A stretch of 64,000 nucleotides of DNA, from the NCBI RefSeq assembly GCF_902459465.1, contig NC_047082.1:2542001-2606000 (forward strand). Reading direction: 5' to 3'. The first letter of the stretch is position 1. Each line of letters opens with the position of its first letter. Below, in pieces: positions 1-12,500 of the stretch. Below the pieces are notes generated by a model. That model made no database searches. It worked only from the letters and a program-made list of their open reading frames with translations, and was not told where the DNA came from. The stretch is from Asterias rubens (taxonomy: Eukaryota). The translations under genes and the position numbers were made by a program.

Positions 1-660
1 GGGGGTTCCCGATGGTGAGGTTGGGGTTGAGAGAAGGATGGGGTGGGTTGTAAGGGGTGGGGGTGGGGGTTTAGGGAGAGGTGAGATGGGTTTCTGAGGG
101 TCGGGATGGGGTTAAGAGAGAACTTAGGTTGAGGGAGAGGGTTGAGAGAGGGCTGAGGATGAGGATGGTGTTGAAAGAGGGATGAGTTGGGTTCCGGAGG
201 GTGAGGGTTGGGGTTGAGAGAGGGTTGAGATGGGTTCCTACGGATGAGGGTGGGGTTAAGAAAGGGATGAGGATGGGAAGGGGGTTGAGAGGGGGCTGAG
301 GATGAGTGATGGGCGTTGAGAGAGGTGTGGGATGGGTTCCTGTGGGTTATGGTAGGGGTTGAGAGGGATGAGATGGGGTTGTGTTGGTGAGGGTAAGGGG
401 TTGAGAGGGGGGTGACGTGGGTACCTGGAGGTGAGGGGTTGGGGTTGACACAGGGGTGGGATGTTTCGGGTTGGAGAAAGTTAAGGGGGTTGTGTGCTTT
501 TTGAGAACATTGGGTTTCCATTGTATGTGGACTTGTGGCGACGGGTGGCTGAGGTTCATGTTGGGTAGAGCTTCATGGTGTGAGGTGAGGGGTGTTTATG
601 TTGCGAGGGGGTGTCGGTGTAGTGGGGCAGAAACCCTTTTGCTGGGAGATGAGGTTGGTG
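1..660. repeat. G-rich low-complexity degenerate tandem repeat
   Basis: Recurrent GGGTTGAGAGAGGG / GGATGAGG / GGGTTCC units with strong G+T strand skew. The local ORFs are P/H/T/S low-complexity by-products. Confidence 0.85.
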
Positions 661-689
661 GTTTGATCCAGAATAATGAGTGTACTTGA

Positions 690-1060
690 CCATCAAACTG
701 GTTAAGACATACAACTTTGACCCATTAACTAAGTTAAGGAATGTTTGACCCTGAAACTGGTTTAGACGTAACAATTTTGTCCCATTAACTAAGTTATAAT
801 GAACGCCTTTGAACCTCAATCTTAGTTAGACGAAACAAGTTAAACCACAAACTTTGTTGTAATAAAGCGAATGTTTCCGATCCTCGAAATTGGGTCAGAC
901 GAAACCAGTTTGACCCAGAAACTTGGTTAGTGAATGCATTTGACCCACAAAATGGGTTCGACGAAACTGCAAGTTTGATTATAAAGAATATGTTTCAACT
1001 GATTTGGAAGGATCTAGGAAAGAACATTCTTGACCCACAGAACTTAACCCACAACGTAGG
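690..1060. repeat. Degenerate tandem repeat with TTTGACCCA..AACT..GTTAGACG core
   Basis: TTTGACCCA or TTTGTCCCA recurs about 7 times at roughly 30-60 bp spacing. Confidence 0.65.
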
Positions 1061-1734
1061 TTAATAGGTGAGTCTGTTGCACGCAATATACTTCCGGTTG
1101 ATATAGTCGACGTTTTTTTGATTGTCTTTTTCCATGGAAACCAGATATTGTTTGGTTTTTGTCTTGTCTTGGAGCATCAAGGAACTTGTCTCTTCAGAAA
1201 GGTTTACGTTGTTTCTAACAAGAGTGAAACAAAGTCTTATTATGATAGTGTTTGACGTAACAGGGTTTTAATTTGTATTAAAAAAACATTAGTTTCGTTT
1301 TGTTGGCCTTTGCTTTTGTGTGGTTTCCAGGGCACTAGGGTTTCGCATTGGTTTGTTTGATTGAAAACTGTTGGTGCAGGCATGTTAGGTCTTGTCGAGT
1401 GACGTTGGTTTAAAAACAAAACAAGCGATACTCTCTTGTCAATTATTGATTTGGAAATGTTAAAGGAGAGTCGGGAATTACGTTTAAATCAAACCCTTTT
1501 TGGTCGTAAATGACTTCAAACTAAATTTTTATTTTTGTGTAACAATTTTCTTAAATCATTTGTGGATAAAACTTGGAGGAATTCGGATGTTCACTGTTTG
1601 AGTCAAGTAAAGAGAACATCCCGATAATGAAAATGTAGGACTCAAACAGGAAATATACGTCTCCTTTCGTTAAGTGAGCATTTTAATTTGGATACCTTTG
1701 TGTCACGGTCAATTTCACTCAACGTCTTGTAGAA

Positions 1735-2015
1735 ACAATGTTTAGTTGCCCGGCTAGGCTTCGCCGGTTTGTGGATTGGTTGCCCGGCTCGGCATGGCCG
1801 GTTTGGGACTCGAAGTCCCAGTGGCTAGGCATGGCCAGTTACGACCAGTTTGGGAGAAGGAAGTGGGTGTATTGCCCGGCTGGGCTTTGCCGGTTTTGGG
1901 GAAGTTCCATGTTGCCTGACTAGGCGTTGTTGGTTCCAGTGGATTAGTTGCCCTGCCCGGCTTGGCGTGGCCGGTTTGGGAGAAGCCCCAGTTGATCCGT
2001 TGCCCAGCCGGTTAT
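1735..2015. repeat. Degenerate tandem repeat (TTGCCCGGCT..GCCGGTTT.GG)
   Basis: At least 5 diverged copies of TTGCCCGGC..GCCGGTTT. Confidence 0.65.
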
Positions 2016-2725
2016 GGACAATTTAGAAGTCTCAATGAATTGGCGACCATCAGGAGCAAGTTCGAGCAGTGACCATTTTGTCGACCACTAGTCAATTTTC
2101 CATGGTTACCTACGCATGATGCAATACATCCGTTAGTCCGTCACTCCATGGAGGTAGAAATAAATCGATTTTGACCCAAGACAAAATATTGGGTTGACCA
2201 TCCGCTGTTTGGGGCACTCAATACAGCCATCACCGCGGCCGCGATCGATAGAAATAATCATGTGTTTTCAGAATGAAATTCGTTTTGGTTTTCCATGAAG
2301 GCCTCTCTTCTCTACTGCTGCTTAAAAGTCCTTGTATATTTCTTGGCACATTAACAAACTGCTTCTTCCTGGTTTGGGTTGGAAGGGGTCAATGACCGGA
2401 GGTAGAAGATGCCAGGTCGACGAACGTTAACAAGAGATGCTCAGATATCCACTAGCTATCTTGTAGTTCCAGGAAAAGGTTTTTTGTATAATTTGCACGC
2501 AGATGTGTTTCTGTATTGGTATTGACTGGAGGGGCAGTGTAACGTCGTATTGACTGGCTATCAGCTGTAGGAAGTCATTAGTTGCTAACGGATGTCAACA
2601 CGTTATCCTTCAACCGGGCTGATGTGTTATTCAAAACCATGATTTGGCATGAAAGTAAATCTAGTTTGATATTGGACGTTGGACATTCACACAGCGAAAG
2701 TATAATTTTTATTATTGGACATTGA

Positions 2726-3066
2726 AAGAAACTGGACACTATTGGTAATTGTCAAATACCAGTCGTCTCACTTGGTGTATCTCAACAACTGCATAAAATA
2801 ACAAACCTGTGAAAATTTGAGCTCAATCGGTCATCGAACTTGCGAGATAAGAATGAAAGAATAAATACCCTTGTCACACGAAGTTGTGTGCGTTTAGATG
2901 GTTGATTTCCGGACCTCGAATTCTAAATCCAAGGTCTCGAAATCAAATTCAGAGGGAGCCGTTTCTCACAATGTTTTATACCATCAACCTCTCCCCATTA
3001 ATTGTCACCAAGTAAGGTTTTATGCTAATAATTATTTTGAGTAATTACCTATAGTGTCCACTGCCT
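2726..3066. mobile_element. MITE family A (Kolobok-like, TTAA target), slightly deleted copy
   Basis: Ends match the family TIR AGGCAGTGGACACTATTGGTAATT; body shared with copies at 18962, 21895 and 59116. Confidence 0.8.
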
Positions 3067-5344
3067 TTATACTATACACCGAATGTCTATTTTTTGTTAT
3101 GACAGTAAAGTTAGTTTGATATTGGACGTTGTACATTCACATAGGTTTATACAGTGAATGTCTTCTTTGTGCTATGTTAGTTTGATATTGGACGTTGTAC
3201 ATTAATAGGTTCATACAACGATTGTCTATTTTTTATTTCGATATTCGCTGTATCAACCGTACGTGAATGTCCAATAACGATATAGCAAAGTAGAATATTA
3301 TTCGGTGTACAAACATATTTGAATGTCCAATGTCCGATATCAAACTAAAACTTTACTTTCATATAACTGGTGGGAGCTTGCACATATCAAATTTGTTTTT
3401 GGGGAGGGTCGGAATGGTTAATTAATGCACCCCAATGGGCAGGATATTGTTTGACCCAAATTCAATTTAAGAGTCTACATCCAATTGGACGTTCAACCGC
3501 TCCCATAAATGAACCCCTTCTTATAAAAGAAAAGCAAATAAATATGTCTCCGTCCAAGCACCCCCCCCCCCCGCAGACCTGACACAATCTTGATTGTTTC
3601 TCTCGTGAGTACAATAATAAGCCGAGGTATAATTGAACTGGATAGCTTTCCCCAACCACACTTAAAGACAACCATCATTCTGACTTCACAAATCAAATTC
3701 ACATCCCGTCCAATAAGTAACTAAGGGGGCAATCCTATTTGCGAACTGGTAAACAAGCTGTTCAGTTCAATATATTACAGGTGGAATCAGAGTCGACAGG
3801 TTGGCTAGACACGTCAGTCAAACACAGTTTTATTGATCGATTACTGTGGTTTTAAATTTTCGAACTCTGGTATTCGATTCTTTGTTGCACAGCAAGTTTG
3901 TATTTAAATGTAAACTTTAACTTAAAGCTGTCAAAAGTACCCCCTTTAAACCTGATGAAAAAAACTATTGCAAACTGATAAACAACCAATATGTTAATAT
4001 TGGCTTTAATGCAGACCATGCAGTATATTCGTTTAAAATTCAGTCGGCACGCTCAAAACGTATTATGTTGAGTACCATTCATGTACATGTATGTGATGTT
4101 TGAAGCTGCATGATGTGAAGGATAAGAATAAACTATCAATTAGTAAACTTGCGGGTACAACCATTTTATAATTCTCTTTTGAGGGAGTTTTGGCCCTGAA
4201 AAGAGCCGGTTTGGTCTTGACGTTTCAAACAGTGCTCTCCAAAGAGCTAAATTGGTATCGACGTTTCGAACAGCACTGTTCGAAACGTCGATACCAAAAC
4301 CAGCTCTTTTCAGAGCCAACACTCCCCACAGAAAGAATTATTACATCATGGTTGTACCCCCAAGTACACGTTAACTATTATTACTCTGATCATCTTCAAG
4401 AGAAAACCTGTCATACATTGTATACTTATTATACACCTTGTGGTATTCATCAGGAGGACCTGAATTCGACTCTGACTCTCGTACCGTATTTGACGATGTA
4501 ATCGATACCGTCTCCAGCCACCACATTCCCTGTCTGTTGATCCCCGTCAGGTGCGGTATCTGACCTGTCACCGGATATTCGACCCTAATCACAGGTGAGT
4601 CTCATAATCGAGTCTTGGGTGTGTCACCAAACCTCGAGACAAGACAGGTAGTTAAGGGTGTCTAGTGACCGCCAAGCCACGGCCGGACCGGGCTGACCAA
4701 ATCCCGGTTATAGTCCTAAATACAGAATATAGTCCCGCTGAACCATGGATGCTGAACTTGAAGTTAGACAGATAACCCCCAACCCACTCCCCTCCCAGTC
4801 TAGACGGTCATTGACTGGCGATCCTAGACCCAATCTCCTGTTTGTAGACCGTTTAACATTCAAAACACAACATGTAACACCTTTAAATCTATAGACATGT
4901 AAACACTGCCATTAATTTGACATTGATTGACGGTTGTTCCTAAACTTGAATCCGTTATCATTATCTCATCGCTTTCCTGTCCACAATTAATTTATCCGAA
5001 GGATTCAGATTTGCAATCCTCAAAAAAGTTTGTTTAAGGTGTCCCTTTTTGAATCGATTTAGAAAAGAGAAGAAAAAACATTGAAATGCATAACGGCCCT
5101 GGCATTCTTAATGTTCAGAAAAAAAACAATGATTAGCTGTTATCTTCCCACTCCAATCCAAGTCTCCATGTAGTGTTGTTCCTCACATATCGAAAGATTT
5201 TCTGTTCTTAACCAATAAGATTTTCGTGCCAGCTCTTTTGAGTGATCTGAGGGAAAGTTCTGGGTCAAAAAGCATTTATGGACCAAGGCATCGCCCTCTT
5301 GTCATTGGGGAATCTGTATAGTGTAGGCCAATCTCTATTTTTAA

Positions 5345-5745
5345 GTAACTCGAGGTGTATCCGTGATAACGGTGCAACAAATCGTAATTATTGTTGTAAG
5401 TGTAGGCATATCCATATTAACGTTGCAACAAATCATTATGGATAAAAGTGAATCATCAAATCGTCACGGTTGAAAGTGTATCCGTAATAACAGTGCAACA
5501 AATCGACGGTGTAAGAGTCGTAACGTTTGAAAGTGATTCCGTTTGTAACGGTGCAACAATTCGCAATGGTTGAAAGCGCGCTATAACGGTGCAAAAGTCG
5601 TAATGGTTAAAAGTGTTTCCGTTTATAACGGTGCAACAATTCGTAATGGGTGAAAGTCCGTAAAAGCCGTGCACTAACGGTTGAAAGTGTATCCGTAAAT
5701 AACGGTTCAGCAAACTGTTAGTTATGGTTGAAAGTACGTAATAAT
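5345..5745. repeat. ~42-bp minisatellite, about 9 degenerate copies
   Basis: Consensus GTGTATCCGTAATAACGGTGCAACAAATCGTAATGGTTGAAA. Confidence 0.85.
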
Positions 5746-6855
5746 GGAAGGGGTTCCGTTAAGGAATATTCCCTATATTAATTTGAGTCAGCAACGCCGT
5801 GATTGAGTGAGTGAGTAATCTGAATGATTGCTGATCTTAAATTAAACGTGGATGCAAAATATTAAAACTAATTAGAATCCCTAATATTTGATTACAGACA
5901 CTGGACACAAGTATTTTCACTTGGTTATCCACACATAATAGGCCTACGTTTCCATTGCTCGCTACCAAGTAAGTTTTTAATGCTAACATTTTTTTGGAGT
6001 AATTACCAATAGTGTTCAGTGCATTTAAGTTCGTTGGTCCACGGTAATCAAACTAAACAGTTAAAACCATTTGTTTAAGTAATTGCTAAACACAATGTAT
6101 CATTAGACCGATGTCGCGGTATTGGCATGATCAGTCTAGCGATGCTTTCAGGGGGAAGTTCGAACTAAGGACACAATAAAGTGAAGCGAGCGAGGCCAAA
6201 ATTGTTTTGGCCGTTTTTCTTCGGGGGTTAGCCCTCGCCTGAGGCCGAGTACCTACGCCCTTCCCAGCCGAATTCGCACCCCTTAATTCATTGCAGAGAG
6301 ACCCGGTCTCCAGGCGGATATTCCTCGTTCAAACTGCTACCTGTAATTATCTCGACTGGTAATTACAATGACAAAGGAGGGGTGTGATGGGGTCATATTT
6401 AGGGGGTCAAGGGAGACTGTTTTTGGGGGGTCCCACCCTCTACCCCGGTCGGTACATAATTCATTAGAGTCTTCTTTTTTCCATCTTGTTTAAAATATTT
6501 TTTTGTGAGTTTATGAAACAGGATGTTTATCGTATATGGATAATTATTCCCCCATAGGACCTAAAGGTTGTTTTAAAGATTGAATCAATAAATAACTCAT
6601 CGGATTATGAGCATTTGTTTGCTATGGTCAAAATTGTTCACATATTTTCGGTTTTGGGAAAAAAGTTGTGAAAAACTTTTTAGGGAAGGTGCTTTTTGAA
6701 AGGCGGATGTAAACTCTGTAGGACATTGACAGTCTCTCTTTTGCTTTCTAAACTTCAGTTCAAAAAAAAATCTGCACTCTGGCAAAAAGAAAGAGGCACC
6801 ACTCAGTTTCTTGAACAACTGCTAGATTTGTACTTGAGGGTGAAGAAGATAGCTG

Positions 6856-7188
6856 CCGCCGATTTCACAAGACGCAAGTTAAATCCTATCTCTAGTAAGG
6901 ACGAGTATAGGATGAATTCAATGCGTCCTAACGTCTAAGGATACGGAACTTAACTCGTCCTGCCGTCGATTTCACAAAGAGTTAGGACTCGTCTTCTCTC
7001 GAGTTAGGACGAGTAACTCGTCCTAACTTAGGATTAATCTTAAGGTCTGCATGCTACAGTGCAGGGTTGGGACTCGTCCTAAGTCCTAAGATTAGTCTTA
7101 AGTTGGGAAGAGTTTTGTGAAATCGACGGCTGAAGTCCTAAATCCTAAGACTCATCTTAATTAAGGAAGAGTTTGGAGAAATCGACAG
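6856..7188. mobile_element. Family C element with a second family C element (6963-7129) nested inside
   Basis: Inner copy has CTG on both sides and TIR CCGTCGATTTCACAAA; outer copy is flanked by CTG/CAG. Confidence 0.8.
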
Positions 7189-8564
7189 CAGGCCTGATAT
7201 GCATGATTCGTTGTTGAAACGGCAAAGGGCACCAAGGCATTTTCTTCTCGGTAAAGGGCATGCCCAATCGCCTTCGTTGCCTCCGTGAAGTATCAGAGGT
7301 TAGGCTACTAGAAGTTCTTATCAGTTGGACACGCACAGTTTCAGTGAGGTATAGTCACAAAAAGTGACGAATTGCAATCAATCAATGCGAATTAATTATC
7401 GGGAAGTCATCCTCAATAGAATATTTCCTAAAAACCTTGTCCTTTTTCTTCTATCCCAGTGCAATAACCATGTGCTTTGCTTGTTAAAAGTTTATACCTA
7501 CATTGTCCTACATGAGTTCCACATTGGCTCATTCCAATCTGCTAAGCACACTCAAGTTTGCTTAGCGGGCACAGGGTACCAGCTCAGTGTGCGTTGTCCG
7601 GACGGATCTGTGGACGAAGGTACAGCATACATGAACCTATCTAAGAAAATTTACACCAGTGTACCATAAAACCATGGTCCCAAATTCATACAGCTGATTT
7701 AATACAAAAAGTTGATTAGCAAAACAAAATTTTCCTTAAATACTACGTCTCCTGCATGTACGTCTCCTGCATGTATACATGCAGGAGACGTAGTGTTTAA
7801 GGAAAATTTTGTCTTGCTAGAATGTGTGGCTGGTATCCTGCTCATTTCTGCTCAGCAAACACATTGTTAAGCAATGTATGCTCTATGAAAATCCTTAAAT
7901 ATTCTCTGCTAAGCAGAATGAGCAGGATACCAGTCACGTATTATACAAGTGACATGGTGGTTTGGCTGGTAACCTTATTCTGGTAAGGATAATTTTGTTA
8001 TGCTTAGCTCTATGAAATTAGGCCCTTTTATCTGAATGAGGTTCGTGCGGGCATGATGTACATATTATAAAATCCCTCATTAAACGAAGCGGCTGATTGC
8101 CTCAAAAAACCTTCATCTACATTACAGGATGGCCTTGCGTTTTATATACAGTACCCTGGTTGATAGAAAAGCATGTCACGACATGTCTCTGGATGCTTTC
8201 CATCATTAAAGGCACTGAACACTTTGGGTAATTACTCCAAACAACTAGTAGCATAAAAACCTACTTGGTAAACGATCGAGCAATGGAGAGCTGCTGATGT
8301 ATTGTGAGAACGGCTCCCTCTGAAGTAACGTAGTTTTTTTGAGAAAGAGGTAATTCCTCACTCGGAGTTTGAAAGAGACTTCAGGTCAGAACAACGTAAC
8401 GACAAGTTACATGGAGAAAGGGTGTGGGCAAAGAATGTGTATAATTGTGTTTTATGACGACTTCGTAGACACTCAAGTTAGATTGGTTTGTCAGGTATCA
8501 TTTTGGAATGTTAACTTCTGCATGGGAAATTGAAAATCAATCAATGAATCAGAGGGAATTTAAA

Positions 8565-8930
8565 TGTGGCGCCAAAATCAACCAAAGTTGTTCAAAGGCG
8601 CTCAAGACAGTTAGATGAAATTAATTTTGATACACTTGTTGGAATAGAAAACATTTTTGAGGAGTTTCTTGAAAATGTGAACAGTGTTAGCATCCTTGAT
8701 GTGGTTAGGGAAAGTGTTTCATTTTGGGGGTCCAAAACAGGAGAGTGAGCGATCTGCAAACGACACAGCATGGGGTTCTGGGCACGATAAACTGATGGGA
8801 AGACGTGGATGATCTAAGCTGTCTGCTTTGTGGAAAACGTTGACACTGAGCTTTTTCTAGCAACATGCCGTATGTTTTGTCGGGAGTCATTTTATTGCCT
8901 GATGCATTTAGTTCTGTTCACCTTGAAAAA
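8565..8930 (-). pseudogene. 3' end of an L2/CR1-group LINE, decayed
   Basis: Minus translation RQLRSSTSSHQFIVPRT...PK*NTFPNHIKDANTVHIFKKLLKNVF matches the L2 ORF2 C-terminus pattern (LRS...L.VP.T...LWN.LP..I.......FK..LK), followed by a GAGCGCCTTTGA..TGGCGC-type tail. Confidence 0.75.
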
Positions 8931-9245
8931 GTACTTTTGAAGAAGTACTTTTGAAACAAGCACTTTGGAAAAAAAAAAGTTTATGTTACTGAACTCTAAA
9001 AATTCAGGCTCAAAATTGATCCGGATCCAGGTTCCTTGAGGCCTAATGGGTCAGTATAACTAGCTAGGAATATGTACGAATGATCCCTAAATGGCTAAAT
9101 GTTTCTAAGATTCGGAGTTAACATCTGACTTCTGTCCATTTTCTGGGTCAGCTTGACTCAGATATGGGTCAGGTCCACTGGGATCTGGATCAATTCTGAC
9201 CGGGTACTTGCAGTTGTTGAAGAGGAGCGTAGGGCCTTCTTGCAG

Positions 9246-9515
9246 GCACACGATTATTTCCTGCTGACGTCTTCTTGCAAGCACACGGCTATTTCCTGCT
9301 GATGTCTTCTTGCAAGCACACGACTGTTTCATGCCCATGTGTTCTTGTTCTTGCGAGCATACGACTATTTTCTGCTGATGTCTTCTTGCAAGATTAAGAC
9401 TATCTCTGCTGCTGTCTTCTTGCAACCCACGGCTATTTCATGTCTACGTCTTCTTGCAAGCACACGGCGATTTTCTGCTGATGTCTTAATGCAAGCACAC
9501 GGCTATTTCATGACA
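9246..9515. repeat. 35-bp minisatellite, about 8 copies
   Basis: Consensus CACACGGCTATTTCCTGCTGATGTCTTCTTGCAAG, head to tail with no spacers. Confidence 0.9.
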
Positions 9516-12500
9516 ATGATCAATCGAATGGACTGTTGACAGTCACGTATTTAGCAGTACGGTAAATAAACCCACCCACAGTCCCTGATAGGTTGCATTC
9601 GGTGATAAATTATTGAGTGAATTAAGTTTAAAGGTCGCTAAAGGTTTCAGGATCTTGGCACCTGCTTTTATATATCTGTACGTGGCCTTACGCACGTAAG
9701 CCTAAAATATGGATCAAATATCAAGATTTCATATTTTCCTGCCAAAATATGAAAAAAATTGTCATGGTTGATCGAGTTGATATTTATAACTCATTGTACT
9801 ATGTTTTGACAACTGTCCAAGCAAATGAAATATGGTTTTCAAAGGTTCATTCTGTTTATTGTTTTGTTGTTTGATGATGTTTGGTCAAATTTAGGGAAAA
9901 CCCTGCCATCTTAGTACACATACTAATTTTTCAGGCCACAAATAACAAATAATAATATCACTGTGGCCACTGCTGTCCAACCTCAAGAAAGCATGAAATT
10001 GTTGTGTTTATTCATATTTTAAAATTAATTAACTATAAAAGCCTTCTATTTAGTGTGAGATTAATGGCTTACATTTTGTTATTAAAAATAATGACAAATT
10101 GAATAGAAGAAAACAAAAGCGTTTTGGAGCTCAGAGACGGCTCAGGTATAAACTATAATAAATTATTTGTCAAGCTTGATTGCCTTTTTATGGCGTCCCC
10201 AGCACGGAGCTCATTTTCTCCCAGGTACGTGTTTAATAAGCCTGTGCAAAAATCAAATCTAAGGCCATTTAGTTCATCGGTCGTAAATAACGATGAGCCA
10301 ATCTTTCTCGATTTGTTCTTATAAAAAAAAATTGCCGTGGACTTTTTCTTCTCCTTCTTCTGTGTGAGTCATGGCTCACTATTTCTCCCAGGGTAGTTGA
10401 GAAATCAACCTGCAAAATCCCCAGGGGCCTCCTTATATGAGAAACCAAACTGCGAAATCCCCAGGGACCTCCTTATTTGTACAATGGGATCAGCACGTGC
10501 GTGATCAACAGGTGAGGCTGGTACTCGTGTCAACTATTGTTAAGGCTGAACGCTTATTTCGGTATGGTTGGCTGGAAACCAGTTGTTTAGGTTAGAACAG
10601 GTGTTGGTGTTTCTGGAGTGACGCATTTTTTGTGTGAACTCAATACTTTTTTTCCTTCGGTTTGTATTGCCCTGCGATATAAACATTATCTAACCCATAC
10701 CACTCAGTAACAATTTACATCAAAGTGTAGATGGTTTTCTTCTCTTGTTTGAAGTTCGTGAGTCAGTTATCTTGTGGTAATGTGCTGGAGAATCTTGGGC
10801 AAGAGTTACATATTAGGTTGACTTGAGAACAAAAGAAGTTCACACTATATAGGGACTTGAAACATTATGCTTTGTATGGCCTCAGTGGTACACCCATTAG
10901 GTAACCAATAATTGTACATCTTCGGCTTATATGGATGCAATTGGAGTTCGATTTTGATTTCATGAGTCAGTTCTCTTGTGGTGGAAACTCGCCATGTATC
11001 GTTAAGTGAGTCTCTGTGATGCCAGGCATACCCGAAAACTGGTTTAGTAATAGTATGTGATTTTAGCTGGGATTCTGCGTCAGTTTTGACCGATTTACCC
11101 GGATGACAGATTCCGGGTCACAATGATCCAGAAATTGGTCAAGATCTGTAATTGGGTCAGTTGTGATCCGGGATCAGTTTGTGATTCCGGATCAGGGGTA
11201 GATTTCACAAAGAGTTAGGACTAGTCCTATGAGATATTAAAAACTTAAGACTGGTCCTAATTAAGGACGAATAAATTGTCTTAACTCGAGATAACACTAG
11301 TTCTAACTCTTTGTGAAATTCATCCCTGAATCACCAATTGCGTTCAATGACAACATAAATTGTTATAGGGTTGTCCTGTTTCCTTGTAATATGAACGGAT
11401 AGTTTAAGGTTGCTAACTTGATGGTATATGTGTGTCAGTGGGTCAAGGTGACTTTGCTTTATATAAATTGGCAAGCCGCCATGGAAACGTAGGTAAATAC
11501 AGTGCATTTTGTTAAAGTGAACGTTTTTCAAGAAAACGACAACACGTGGATATTACACAATGGGTTGTTGTTCTCCTTTGCTGATATTGAAATGTACACA
11601 AAGCTAAAGGGGAATTCTATAATAAAATAGATGGAAATTCGCATAAGGGATAACGAATTTTGTTTTTGTTTACCCATATACAGCGATGTGTGTTATCACT
11701 GTATACTCAGTACTTTCCTGAGCTCTGTAGTAGAAGTGAGCAGGATACCAATCGAACATATCACATGTGACATGGTAGTTTGACTGGTAACCGTATTATA
11801 GTAAGCAACATTTTGTTGTGCTCAGCCACTTTTTTCTGCTTAAGCAGCTCTATGAAATTGGGCACTGAGCTTGATATTACAACGCAATAAATTCAATCGG
11901 AAGACAAATTGACAGTATCACCATAGTGATATGTACTGTGACATTAAACTTAACCAAGCAGCTACGTTTCATATGCAACTAAGATCAATCTTAGCTCTTT
12001 GTGAAATCGGCCCCAGGTCTCATAAAAATCCAATACAGAGACAATCCATGCACCATTTCTGACAACCGACCAACACCAAACCCCCCTTTAAAAATAGCAA
12101 CGCTGGTCCAGAGAGTCAACATGACGTCATCGATTCGTAATAACAAGTAAACATATGTAGGTGAAACACCCATACGTGAACTTGAATCTGTCGTAAACAA
12201 GCTCATTTTAGCTTGATCTTTGGTCAGTATGAAACACTTGAACCCGGGGTGAATATCTACTATTAATTTTTGGCAGATGCCTCTAACAATACCCCCCCCC
12301 CCAGGCCTCATCGAAATGAAAAGAACGTGCGAACAATGTTGCGTTGTTAGTTGATATTGCAACACACCTAGTGATTTCAACAGGGAAGTTACCCTTTCGA
12401 TTTGTGCGAACGTGGCATTTTTTGTTAGAATTAAAACAGCAATAATTTTGTTTTATTTTTGCAAAGTTTTCGCATTTTCACAACTAGTACATAATCAACA

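Noticed and set aside
347-819. Pro/His/Thr-rich ORFs
   Set aside because: By-products of the G-rich repeat.
4483-7615. Exon-like minus-strand islands (GRISGDRSDTAPDGDQQTGNVVAGDGIDYIVKY at about 4483-4582; DPSGQRTLSWYPVPAKQT* at about 7560-7615)
   Set aside because: No recognisable homology, weak splice context, and their order cannot form one gene.
9246-9515. 35-bp repeats of CRISPR-like length
   Set aside because: Units are contiguous and degenerate with no unique spacers, there are no cas genes, and the context is eukaryotic.
10690-11040. Faint C2H2 zinc-finger-like pattern and a 24-bp direct repeat on minus
   Set aside because: Cys/His spacing cannot be recovered in any frame; the resemblance is at chance level.
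11460-11495. TATATAAA followed by a perfect Kozak GCCGCCATGG and possible donor AC|GTAGGT
   Set aside because: The TATA is only about 12 nt from the ATG, the unspliced frame stops after 3 codons, and I found no downstream phase-2 exon.
11991-12380. 129-aa minus-strand ORF
   Set aside because: Starts in unrelated sequence, crosses a poly-G run, ends in a MITE terminus, and shows no domain or splice support.
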